Positions 54,682 through 63,170 of a DNA stretch of 64,000 nt are shown here, piece after piece (the stretch's first letter is position 1; every line of letters begins with the position of its first letter). Source of the DNA: an uncultured delta proteobacterium. GTDB taxonomy: Bacteria; Desulfobacterota; Syntrophia; Syntrophales; CAMTWB01. The notes under the pieces were generated by a model. It did not search any database. It was given only the letters and a program-made list of their open reading frames with translations, and was not told where the DNA came from. Made by a program: the position numbers and the translations under genes. The stretch spans positions 1,023 to 65,022 of the forward strand of contig CAMTWB010000005.1 of assembly GCA_947085375.1 (NCBI GenBank). The letters run 5' to 3'.

Positions 54682-56640
54682 TCAAAACTCCATCAACCCT
54701 TCCATCTCCGCCATGATCTGATCATTGGTGAAGTGGCGGGTAATTATCGCCGAGGTGGGACAGGCGGCGGCGCAGAGACCACAACCCTTGCAGAGGGCCT
54801 CGTTTATCTCTGCGACGTTCTTTTCAGCATTAAAAAACGGCGCCCCGTAGGGACAAACCTTGACACAATTCTGACAGGCGCAGCAGGCGGCAGCATTGAC
54901 GAACGCCGTGGTGGCCTCCAATTCCATCTTTTCCTTCATCACCACGACCAGCGCCTCAGCGGCGGCACCGGTGGCCTGAGCGACCGTATCGGGGATGTCC
55001 TTCGGCGATTGGCAGGTCCCGGCGATAAAAACGCCGTCAGTCATGGTGGAAAGGGGAGCCAGCTTGGGATGCCTTTCCAGGAAGAAGCCGTTTTTGTCCG
55101 TGCTCAGATTGAGCAGGCGGGCCATTTCCTTCGCATCTTTCCTGGCGGTCATGGCAGGCGAGAGCACCACCATGTCCACCGGGATACGGGTGAACTTGCC
55201 GGTCAGGGTGTCGTCTACCTCGACGATCAGCTTGCCCGCCTCTTCCGGGTTTTTCGTCCGATCCGTCACACAGGCGGCCTTGCCCCGGATGAATTTAACA
55301 TCCTCTTCCAACAGACGATTGTAAAATTCCTCATAGCCCTTGCCGCCGGCCCGCATATCAATATAGAGCTGATAGACATCGCCCTTGGTCTTTTCCTTGA
55401 GCAGATGGGCGAATTTCAAAGAATACATGCAGCAGACCCGGCTGCAATATTCGTGGTGGTTCTTATCACGGCTGCCGATGCAGTGGAGAATCGCCACCGA
55501 CTGGGGCTCGCTGCCATCCCTCATTACTACCTTGCCCCCGGTTGGGCCCGCAGAATTGAAGAGCCGCTCCATCTCCAAGGCATGATAAACCCCCGGATAT
55601 TTACCGTAGCCGTACTGGACCAAAGGCTTGGTATCCATTAAATCGTAACCGGTGGCCACAATAATGGCCCCGGCCTTTATCTCCCGGAACGTATCCTCCT
55701 GATCATAGTCGATTGCCCCCTGCTCGCAGACCTTTTCACAAAGGCGGCACTTGCCCTTGAGGAAATAAGTGCATGATTCCCGGTCGATCACCGGTTTCTG
55801 CGGCACTGCCTGGGCAAAGGGGATGTAGATGGCCTTTCTCTTGTTTAGCCCCTCATCAAATTCAGAGATGCCCCGGGCGGGGCATTTTTCCACGCAGGCC
55901 TGGCAGCCGTTGCACTTTTTATGGTTTACGCAGGTCGCCTTGTGCTTTACCTTAATGTCGAAATTGCCCACATAGCCCTTCACCTCGGCCACCTCGGAGT
56001 AGGTGAGGAGCTCAATCATGGGATTCTGCAATACCGCGTCCATCTTGGGCGTCAGAATACAGGCGGAGCAGTCCAGGGTAGGGAAGGTCTTGTCAAACTG
56101 GGCCATGTGGCCGCCGATGCTGGGCGTCCGCTCAATCAGGTAAACATTGCGGTTGACGGCGGCGATTTCCAGGGCCGCCTGGATTCCGGCGATGCCACCG
56201 CCGATCACCACCACATCGGGATGAACATCGATTACCCGGGAGGACAGGGGCGCCAAAAGCCGGGCACGGTAAACCGCCCCATTGATCAGGGCTTTGGCTT
56301 TACTGGTTGCCTCATCCTCATCCTCGGTGACCCAGGAACATTGTTCCCGGATATTGACGATGGTAACCAGATACTGATTCAGGCCGGCGGCTTCCGACAC
56401 CTTCCGAAATGTCTTTTCATGCATCAGGGGTGAGCAGGCAGCCACAATTACCCGGTCTAGGTTGTATTTCTTTATATCGTTGAAGATCAGTTCCTGGCCG
56501 GGGGTGGAGCAGACAAACCTGTATTCTTCCGCCACCACCACTTCCGGCAGGTCCCGGGCAAACTCCACCGTCTCGTTTACCCGCACGGTTTTGGCGATAT
56601 TCATGCCACAGTGGCAGACAAAGACGCCGATTCTGCTCAT
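54682..56640 (-). CDS. hdrA: Heterodisulfide reductase subunit A-like flavoprotein
   Basis: MSRIGVFVCHCGMNI N-terminus, FAD motif VVVIGGGIAGIQAALE and several CxxCxxCxxxCP clusters. Confidence 0.88.
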   Translation of the reverse strand: MSRIGVFVCHCGMNIAKTVRVNETVEFARDLPEVVVAEEYRFVCSTPGQELIFNDIKKYNLDRVIVAACSPLMHEKTFRKVSEAAGLNQYLVTIVNIREQCSWVTEDEDEATSKAKALINGAVYRARLLAPLSSRVIDVHPDVVVIGGGIAGIQAALEIAAVNRNVYLIERTPSIGGHMAQFDKTFPTLDCSACILTPKMDAVLQNPMIELLTYSEVAEVKGYVGNFDIKVKHKATCVNHKKCNGCQACVEKCPARGISEFDEGLNKRKAIYIPFAQAVPQKPVIDRESCTYFLKGKCRLCEKVCEQGAIDYDQEDTFREIKAGAIIVATGYDLMDTKPLVQYGYGKYPGVYHALEMERLFNSAGPTGGKVVMRDGSEPQSVAILHCIGSRDKNHHEYCSRVCCMYSLKFAHLLKEKTKGDVYQLYIDMRAGGKGYEEFYNRLLEEDVKFIRGKAACVTDRTKNPEEAGKLIVEVDDTLTGKFTRIPVDMVVLSPAMTARKDAKEMARLLNLSTDKNGFFLERHPKLAPLSTMTDGVFIAGTCQSPKDIPDTVAQATGAAAEALVVVMKEKMELEATTAFVNAAACCACQNCVKVCPYGAPFFNAEKNVAEINEALCKGCGLCAAACPTSAIITRHFTNDQIMAEMEGLMEF

Positions 56641-56726
56641 AATTGCTCCTTATTCCAATTGGCAATCGAAATAGCTATAATCAAGTAGGCGGGTTAGTTA
56701 GGCCATTGCCGCCACCCGCCATTATT

Positions 56727-56756
56727 CGGCGCGTTACGCTACGCTAACACACCTGA
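56727..56756 (-). repeat. Fragment related to the first module of family C (inverted)
   Basis: GGCGCGTTACGCTACGCTAACACACCTGAC aligns by eye at about 24 of 30 positions with the reverse complement of GTAGGGTGCATTAGCGAAGCGTAATACGCC. Confidence 0.5.
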
Positions 56757-56786
56757 CATAAACTGCATTTTGAATGCGAAACGGCA

Positions 56787-57926
56787 TTAGTTCTCCAAAC
56801 TCTCAAGCAGTATTTCCGACAGGTCTTTGAGCTTGATTCGATCTTCCGCATTGGCGGTCCTGATGCTGTCGTCCAACATGGCGATGCAATAGGGACACGA
56901 GGTAGCAATAACACCGGCGCCGGCATCCACGGCCTCTTCGATCCGAAAGTCGCTCAACCGCTCGCCCTTCATCCGCTCTACCCATAAACCGCCACCGCCA
57001 CCGCCGCAACAGATGCTTCCCTCCCTGATCCGGTCCATCTCTACTAGCTCGACCGTGGGCAGGGACTGGAGAATTTGCCGGGGGGCATCATAGATGTCGT
57101 TATGCCTTCCCAGATAGCAAGGATCATGGTAGGTTACCTTGAGGCCGCCAAAGTCTTTTTTTGGCGTAAGACGGCCATTAGTAATCAGTTCAGCCAATAG
57201 TTCGCTTACGTGGATAACCAGATAATCCTCGCCGTATTCCTTCTTGAAGGTGTGGTAACAATGGGGGGAGGCGGTGATGATTTTCTTTACTCCGAGGTTG
57301 CCCAGGGCCGTGATGTTGTTTTCTTTCAGGCGCTCAAACAGGTCCAGATCTCCTACCTTTTTCACGCTTTCGCCGCAGCAGTTTACATTCACCCCAGGCA
57401 ACCCCCAGGAAATACCGGCGCGGTTCAACAGCTCGGCCAGTGCGCGGGTAACCGCCACATTGCGCTGATCATAACAGCCGGTGCAGCAGGGGAAAAAGAG
57501 ATACTCGGTCCCTTGTGTGTAAAGAGGGTAATTGCCCTGCGCCCAGTCGTTTCTTTTTTCCTGGTCGCCCGACCAGGGGTTGCCGCGGGAAGACAGGCTG
57601 CCGACCAGCGTCCGTAGAGTTTGCGGCAAGAGCCCGCCGCCCGCATAGACATTGCGCACTGCCGTGACCAGGTCAATAATTTCCACTCCCCGGGGGCAGC
57701 GATCGACACAGAATTTGCAGGTCGAGCAGGACCACATGAGATCCTCAACGCCCTCCAGGCCGAGCTGACTCAGCCGTACCAGCTTGCGAATATTGAATTC
57801 GGAAATGGGAGTCCAGGGACAGGTGCCGCTGCAGGTCCCGCATTGATAGCATTTTTTGAATGCGTCTCCGCCGGCTTCCGCAATCGCCTGGGACATTTCA
57901 AGATAGGGGGTTACGACTGATGACAT
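56787..57926 (-). CDS. HdrD-like fused HdrC/HdrB protein (2x[4Fe-4S] + two CCG domains)
   Basis: CYQCGTCSGTCP and CSTCKFCVDRCP, then CCG motifs (NCCGE, CCGGGGGG). ATG at 57926 follows AGGAG. Confidence 0.82.
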   Translation of the reverse strand: MSSVVTPYLEMSQAIAEAGGDAFKKCYQCGTCSGTCPWTPISEFNIRKLVRLSQLGLEGVEDLMWSCSTCKFCVDRCPRGVEIIDLVTAVRNVYAGGGLLPQTLRTLVGSLSSRGNPWSGDQEKRNDWAQGNYPLYTQGTEYLFFPCCTGCYDQRNVAVTRALAELLNRAGISWGLPGVNVNCCGESVKKVGDLDLFERLKENNITALGNLGVKKIITASPHCYHTFKKEYGEDYLVIHVSELLAELITNGRLTPKKDFGGLKVTYHDPCYLGRHNDIYDAPRQILQSLPTVELVEMDRIREGSICCGGGGGGLWVERMKGERLSDFRIEEAVDAGAGVIATSCPYCIAMLDDSIRTANAEDRIKLKDLSEILLESLEN

Positions 57927-58165
57927 AGGTCTGCTCCTAAGAATTAACCGGCAGGAATCGAAACGCAAACGGCAAGACTATCCGGCAACCTCGCGCAAAA
58001 GAACAGGCGCCTGTAATTTGGATCGCGGCCGCCTGATGAACTCGCAAATATCGTAAATTGCTTTCCATGTTGTAATGGCCTCGCCAGAAGCCCAGAGATA
58101 GAGCGCTAAAATCCGAAAAACATGACGACACTTTCATCAAACATGAGGCAGTCAAAAGTACACGC

Positions 58166-58194
58166 GAACTAACAAAACCACTACCGACTGTCAA
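58166..58194 (-). promoter_or_regulatory. Putative sigma70-type promoter upstream of the hdr-flx string
   Basis: On the minus strand: TTGACA (58194-58189), 17-nt spacer, TAGTTC (58171-58166). The -10 is weak. Sequence match only. Confidence 0.2.
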
Positions 58195-58260
58195 GATATA
58201 TTTTTTTACATCGGTTTGCGCCGCCCAAGAGATGCCTCAGCCGCGGCGCTTTACAACCTT

Positions 58261-58285
58261 GACGACACTGTAAAAAGTCGGCAAA
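58261..58285 (+). repeat. Solo family B terminus
   Basis: GACGACACTGTAAAAAGTCGGCAAA matches family B termini and lies 5 nt from the thiolase stop codon. A second scrap, GACGACACTTTCATC, is at about 58123-58140. Confidence 0.6.
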
Positions 58286-58290
58286 CGCGC

Positions 58291-59490
58291 CTACTGTCTT
58301 TCAATGATCGTCGCGGTTCCCTGCCCGCCGCCGATACAGGCGTTGGCGCAACCAAAACGGCCGCCTTTCTCGGCAAGTATTCTGGCCAAAGTCCCCAGCA
58401 GGCGGATGCCGCTGGCCCCCAGAGGATGGCCGATGGCGATTCCGCCGCCCTTGATGTTCACCCGCTCCGGGTCGATGCCCAATTCTTTAATGCAGTTGAG
58501 CGCTACGATGGCGAAAGCCTCGTTTATTTCCCAATAGTCGATGTCTTTTACCGTGAGACCGGCTTTGTCCAGGGCCTTGATGCTGGCCGGCACCGGTCCA
58601 GCTCCCATGATGGTGGGATCGACTCCGGCAAAGCCAATAGAACGGATACTGGCCAGAGGCTTGATATTTTTCTTTACGGCCGTTTCCCGGGACATGAGGA
58701 TCATGGAAGTGGCGCCCGCATTCAGGGGAGACGAGGTTCCGGCGGTAACGATCCCATCGGGCTTATAGGCCGGCTTCAAGGTTTTCATTCCCTCCAGGCT
58801 GGTGTCGCCCCGAACCGCCTGATCGTCCTTGACGAGCATCATTGTCCCGTCGGCCTGTTCGGCCTCGATGGGAAGAATTTCCCCCGTAAAGAAACCTTCC
58901 CGTTGGGCCGCTGCCGCCCGCTGATGGGAGCGGACTCCCCATTCATCCATCTCTTCCCGGGATACCCCGGCCTTAAGGGCCAGCTTTTCTGCAGTGAATC
59001 CCATGTTCATGACGGTCATCATGTCCCAGTGCCGGTAGGCGGGGTCGGTAAACAGGCGCAAATTGGGAGAGATCGGTCCCTTTTCACTTGCGAGCGCGCC
59101 CATTGGCACCCTGGTCATATGCTCCATCCCGCCCAGCATGACAATATCGGCGTAACCAGCGGCTATTTCCAGGTACCCTGTTTGGATGCAGGCCATAGCG
59201 GAGCCGCACTGCTGATCAATGAATTTGGCGGCAATGCTTGCCGGTAGGTTGGCCAGGAAAATGGGCATCCGCCCGCCGTAGGTCCACTGCTCGCTGACCC
59301 CCAGGGCGCTGCCGACAATGAAATCGTCTATCTCCTCGGCGGAAATGCCAGTTCGCTTAATTACCTCCGGCAGCAGCCGCGCCAGCAGTTCGTCGCTTCT
59401 TAGTTTGTGGAACCAATCCCGACCGGGGTCGTTGGGGCGGGAACGGCTTTGGGCCGTCCTCAAATAACCGGCAATTACCACTTCGCGCAT
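58291..59490 (-). CDS. Acetyl-CoA C-acyltransferase (thiolase)
   Basis: Active-site region IDQQCGSAM and C-terminal NACIGGGQGTATIIE. ATG at 59490 follows AAGGAGGG. Confidence 0.88.
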   Translation of the reverse strand: MREVVIAGYLRTAQSRSRPNDPGRDWFHKLRSDELLARLLPEVIKRTGISAEEIDDFIVGSALGVSEQWTYGGRMPIFLANLPASIAAKFIDQQCGSAMACIQTGYLEIAAGYADIVMLGGMEHMTRVPMGALASEKGPISPNLRLFTDPAYRHWDMMTVMNMGFTAEKLALKAGVSREEMDEWGVRSHQRAAAAQREGFFTGEILPIEAEQADGTMMLVKDDQAVRGDTSLEGMKTLKPAYKPDGIVTAGTSSPLNAGATSMILMSRETAVKKNIKPLASIRSIGFAGVDPTIMGAGPVPASIKALDKAGLTVKDIDYWEINEAFAIVALNCIKELGIDPERVNIKGGGIAIGHPLGASGIRLLGTLARILAEKGGRFGCANACIGGGQGTATIIERQ

Positions 59491-59594
59491 TTTCAATCCC
59501 TCCTTCATATTTTATTTGACGATTCCTTCATGCCTGAATCTCACTGATTGCAACGCTTTTGTTTGCCGGCACTGGCCTGAAAATGCGGCGGCGG

Positions 59595-60380
59595 CTACAA
59601 GGCTAAATCAGCAAAAATCTCCGCCGCTGCCGCCGAGTATTTCCCTTCCGCCTGATAGATGGCCAGAGGCGGGAGCACTTCCAGTTCCTCTCGGGCCCCC
59701 TTGATCCCTTCTACCAGAACGAATCGGGCCGGACTTTCCATCCGGGAATGAACCAGTTGTAGACGCTTCGGTTCCAACCGATGGCGCCTGAATTGATAGA
59801 GCAGCTCCACCATCCGAGAAGCCGGATAGATGGCATAGGCCCGTCCCGGCGGGGAGAGGAGGTATCGGGCGGCGGCAAGAAAATCGGGCAGCGCCGCTTT
59901 GATCTCATGGCGGGCAATGGCCTTTTGCCGGAGGGGGTTTATCCGGCCCGCGCCCGAGCGGTGATAGGGGGGGTTGAAGACCGCCACCCCAAAGGATTCC
60001 GGTGGCAAAACATTTTTAATCTCTCGGATGTCGGCCAGGCAGATTTCCACCTTGGCTGTCTGGTCGTTGAGGATTACGTTTCGTCTTGCCAGTGAAACCA
60101 GCTCCTCCTGGATATCGATTCCCGTCACCTGCTTCACCCCGGGGCGCCTGGCCAAAATGAGCGCAATGACGCCATTGCCGACTCCCAGGTCTACCAGCCG
60201 TTCATTGGCTCCGGTATAGACAAAATTTGCCAGAAGCAGGGAGTCGATGGAAAAACGGTATCCCTGCTCGCTCTGAAGCAACTTAAGACGCCCGTTGAGG
60301 ATTAGATCAAGGGATTCTCCTTCCCCGCAAGTGGGGAGGTTAGCCCCGACATGGTCCGTCTCTGCTGAAGCCATTATCAT
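59595..60380 (-). CDS. Class I SAM-dependent methyltransferase, tRNA (adenine-N6) methyltransferase YfiC/TrmN6-like
   Basis: SAM motif DLGVGNGVIAL and NPPY motif (VFNPPYH). Confidence 0.7.
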   Translation of the reverse strand: MIMASAETDHVGANLPTCGEGESLDLILNGRLKLLQSEQGYRFSIDSLLLANFVYTGANERLVDLGVGNGVIALILARRPGVKQVTGIDIQEELVSLARRNVILNDQTAKVEICLADIREIKNVLPPESFGVAVFNPPYHRSGAGRINPLRQKAIARHEIKAALPDFLAAARYLLSPPGRAYAIYPASRMVELLYQFRRHRLEPKRLQLVHSRMESPARFVLVEGIKGAREELEVLPPLAIYQAEGKYSAAAAEIFADLAL

Positions 60381-60382
60381 AA

Positions 60383-61639
60383 TTAGCTGCTTGAGGGCGT
60401 TGTCAGAAGGTGGGTGAATAGCCCGCTTCGTAGTTTCGGTTCGAACCAGGTGGACTTGGGGGGCATCAAAAGCCCGGCATCCGCCGCCAGCATCAAATCA
60501 TCAATACTGGTGGGATAAAGAGAAATGGCCAGGTCAAATTGCCCGGAATCGACCAGCCGCTCCAGCTCCGCCGTCCCCCTTGTGCCGCCGATGAAATCCA
60601 TCCGGCTGCTTAAACGCGGGTCGGAGATCCCCAGCAGCGGCGCCAGGAGGCGTTCCTGCAGAATCTGAGCGGGGATATTTGCCAGCAGGTCAACCTTGTC
60701 TTTGCGATACTCCCGGGCCTGCAAATGGTGCCACCTGCCCCGGAAATAGATGCAAAACTCGTTTGCCGCCCCCGGAATATTGGTCTTGACGTCAAGATTC
60801 AAAAGGAAATGCTCTTGGATTCTCTCCAGAAAGTCCTCATCGGAAAGACCGCCCAGACCCCTCACCACCCGATTATAGGCCATTATCCGCAACTGATCGT
60901 GGGGAAAAAGCACGGCCAGCATGAAATCAGCCGGAGAGCGTCCGGGCAATCCCTGGCCAGGCTGCCTCAGTCTTTTGGCTGCCGCGGCCGCTGCTGCCGC
61001 TCGATGGTGGCCATCGGCAATGTAGAGTGCTGGCAGCAGCGAAAACGCTTCTTGAATGTTCTTGATGTCCTCGTTTTTAGAAATCACCCAGATGGTATGA
61101 TCCACTTCGTCATCGGTAACGAATGAATAGGCGGGCGGGGCTGAAGCAAGCCTAGACATCAGCTCGTCGATGGCCGTAACTGCCCGGTAGGCGATAAAAA
61201 CCGGCCCGGTCTGGGCGCCAACCGTCATAATATGCTTTATCCGATCCTGTTCCTTATCGCTTCGGGTCAGTTCGTGTCTCTTGATGAATCCATCTTCATA
61301 TTGAGCAATGGTGAGACAGGAGACCAGGCCGAGTTGCTGTCGCCCCTGGAGCGCGAGCCGGTAGAGATAAAAACACGGCTCTTGATCCAGGAGTAATATG
61401 CCCCTTTGCCGAAGCCGTTCCAGATTTGCCCTGGAATTAAGGTAGGGTGATTCATCCGGCGAAAATTCCTCCTCCGACATACCCACACCAGTCTTCTCAA
61501 CCTGCAGAAATGAGAGGGGATTTTTGGCTAGTGCCTCGTTCGCCTCGGCCAGTCCTATCACATCGTAGGGCACAGCGGCAACGGCGCCGGTGTATTCTTT
61601 GGCAGGCCTTAGGGCCTGGAAGGGGATAATATCGAGCAT
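60383..61639 (-). CDS. DUF1015 domain protein
   Basis: 418 aa. The FQALRP N-terminal motif and YIADGHHR motif are typical of DUF1015 as I recall it. Confidence 0.65.
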   Translation of the reverse strand: MLDIIPFQALRPAKEYTGAVAAVPYDVIGLAEANEALAKNPLSFLQVEKTGVGMSEEEFSPDESPYLNSRANLERLRQRGILLLDQEPCFYLYRLALQGRQQLGLVSCLTIAQYEDGFIKRHELTRSDKEQDRIKHIMTVGAQTGPVFIAYRAVTAIDELMSRLASAPPAYSFVTDDEVDHTIWVISKNEDIKNIQEAFSLLPALYIADGHHRAAAAAAAAKRLRQPGQGLPGRSPADFMLAVLFPHDQLRIMAYNRVVRGLGGLSDEDFLERIQEHFLLNLDVKTNIPGAANEFCIYFRGRWHHLQAREYRKDKVDLLANIPAQILQERLLAPLLGISDPRLSSRMDFIGGTRGTAELERLVDSGQFDLAISLYPTSIDDLMLAADAGLLMPPKSTWFEPKLRSGLFTHLLTTPSSS

Positions 61640-61746
61640 ATTTGATTCTCCTGTTGAAAAATTTCTAGCATACTGCCATACTGCTAGGCAAGCACAAAGG
61701 GCAACCGGAGCAAGAAACGTAAATTGAATCCCCGAGGTAAGGTCTG

Positions 61747-62244
61747 ATGGAAATTACCAGGATATTTATTCACGGACTCGACAGTTCCAGCCAGGGCACG
61801 AAAGCCACCTTTTTCCGGGCAAAATACCCGGAAATGATAATAGAGGATTTCTCCGGCAATCTTGCCGATAAAATGAACCAACTGGAAAAGCTGCTGGCCG
61901 CAAAGCAGCAATTGATCATAACCGGCTCCAGTTACGGGGGGCTGATGGCAGCCCTGTATGCCTTCGACCACCCACAACGGATTCGCAAGCTTATTCTTCT
62001 GGCCCCGGCGCTGACCCTGCCGGAATTTAACCCGGGCCGCAGCCTTACCCTCAATAAACCGGTGCTGATCTATCACGGCAGCCAGGACGAACTTATTCCG
62101 GGACAAGAGCTCGCAGCCATTGCCCGCCGACATTTTAGCCAACTGGATTTTAACCTGGTGGATGACGACCACTCGCTGCATAAAACCTTCCGCCAGCTTA
62201 ACTGGGACAGCCTGCTGCAATACAGCAGCAGTCCCCCCCAGTAA
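61747..62244 (+). CDS. Small alpha/beta hydrolase (YqiA-like esterase)
   Basis: IFIHGLDSS and nucleophile elbow GSSYGG. 165 aa. Confidence 0.7.
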   Translation: MEITRIFIHGLDSSSQGTKATFFRAKYPEMIIEDFSGNLADKMNQLEKLLAAKQQLIITGSSYGGLMAALYAFDHPQRIRKLILLAPALTLPEFNPGRSLTLNKPVLIYHGSQDELIPGQELAAIARRHFSQLDFNLVDDDHSLHKTFRQLNWDSLLQYSSSPPQ

Positions 62245-62329
62245 ACACCTGACGGCGTCAATATCCCGCCTGACCCTTAGGGGGTAACGCTAGGTAACTA
62301 CCGCCAAAGTTTTCCCTGCTCCTGATGAG

Positions 62330-62437
62330 GAGGTGAGGGTAAAAATAGCGATATGCCGAATGATTAAGCCCCCTACCCCCTCCCCCTGGCCCTTCCAACA
62401 GGGGAGGGGATTGAGGACTTTTTACCGCACCGTCACC
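62330..62437 (+). mobile_element. Family B element, short variant (copy 9)
   Basis: GGTGAGGGTAAAAATAGC ... GGACTTTTTACCGCACCGTCACC termini. The C/G-rich interior (CCCCTACCCCCTCCCCCTGG...CAGGGGAGGGG) is similar to unit 4a. Confidence 0.6.
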
Positions 62438-62539
62438 CTTGACATACATCATAGCCATTCCTATATTAGCGTCGTTGCTGCAATCAGCATGCTGATTGGG
62501 GTGTTTGCCGGAAGGACAACCGGCAAGTCGGAGAAACAA

Positions 62540-63124
62540 ATGGAAGACTACATCATAAAGATATTCCGGGACAGCAGCCTGGCAAAAGAGACTTTCGTCA
62601 ACGAGAATCTCCATAAGATTGCGGAAGTAGTAGCTGTTATAACCACTGCCCTCAAAGCGGGAAACAAAATTCTCCTTTTCGGCAATGGCGGAAGCGCTGC
62701 AGACGCCCAGCATCTGGCGGCCGAGTTTGTGAATCGTTTTCTCATCGAACGGCCACCACTGCCAGCAATTGCCCTTAGCACCGATACCTCGGTCATTACC
62801 AGTATTGGCAATGATTACGACTTCTCGGAAATATTCAGCAAGCAAATCAGAGCTTTGGGTCACGAAGGGGACGTCGCCTGGGGGATGAGCACCAGCGGCA
62901 GGTCATCAAATGTGCTCAAAGGCTTGCAGACGGCAAAGAAGATGGGTCTGGTAACACTAAGCATTACGGGCCGCGATGGGGGAGAAATGGCGGCTGTCGC
63001 CGACTACTGGCTCAATGTTTCATTTCCGAGCACGCCGCGGATACAGGAGGTTCACATCACTTTGGGGCATGTTATCTGTGAACTGGTGGACTACAAGCTG
63101 TTCCAGAGGCCGGATCTCTCCTGA
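62540..63124 (+). CDS. gmhA: Phosphoheptose isomerase (SIS domain)
   Basis: FGNGGSAADAQHLAAEF and STSGRSSNV motifs. ATG at 62540. The tracked upstream extension is translation of the repeat. Confidence 0.82.
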   Translation: MEDYIIKIFRDSSLAKETFVNENLHKIAEVVAVITTALKAGNKILLFGNGGSAADAQHLAAEFVNRFLIERPPLPAIALSTDTSVITSIGNDYDFSEIFSKQIRALGHEGDVAWGMSTSGRSSNVLKGLQTAKKMGLVTLSITGRDGGEMAAVADYWLNVSFPSTPRIQEVHITLGHVICELVDYKLFQRPDLS

Positions 63125-63170
63125 TGGCTTTTGGCCCGGGGATAAATGGAAAGGATTGAGACAATAAATT

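Noticed and set aside
45151-56640. Selenocysteine recoding (in-frame TGA) in HesB-like, MvhD-like or HdrA genes
   Set aside because: All three ORFs are continuous with Cys at the relevant positions. No in-frame TGA followed by a hairpin was seen.
48155-59247. Other long antisense ORFs (48155-49057, 54733-55641, 58216-59247)
   Set aside because: Each lies opposite a gene with strong family motifs (GlcF-like, HdrA, thiolase). None has a recognisable motif or plausible translation signals.
60430-60450. tRNA-like GGTTCGAACC T-loop-like string
   Set aside because: It lies inside the DUF1015 coding sequence and no acceptor or anticodon arms can be built. I found no tRNA anywhere in the window.
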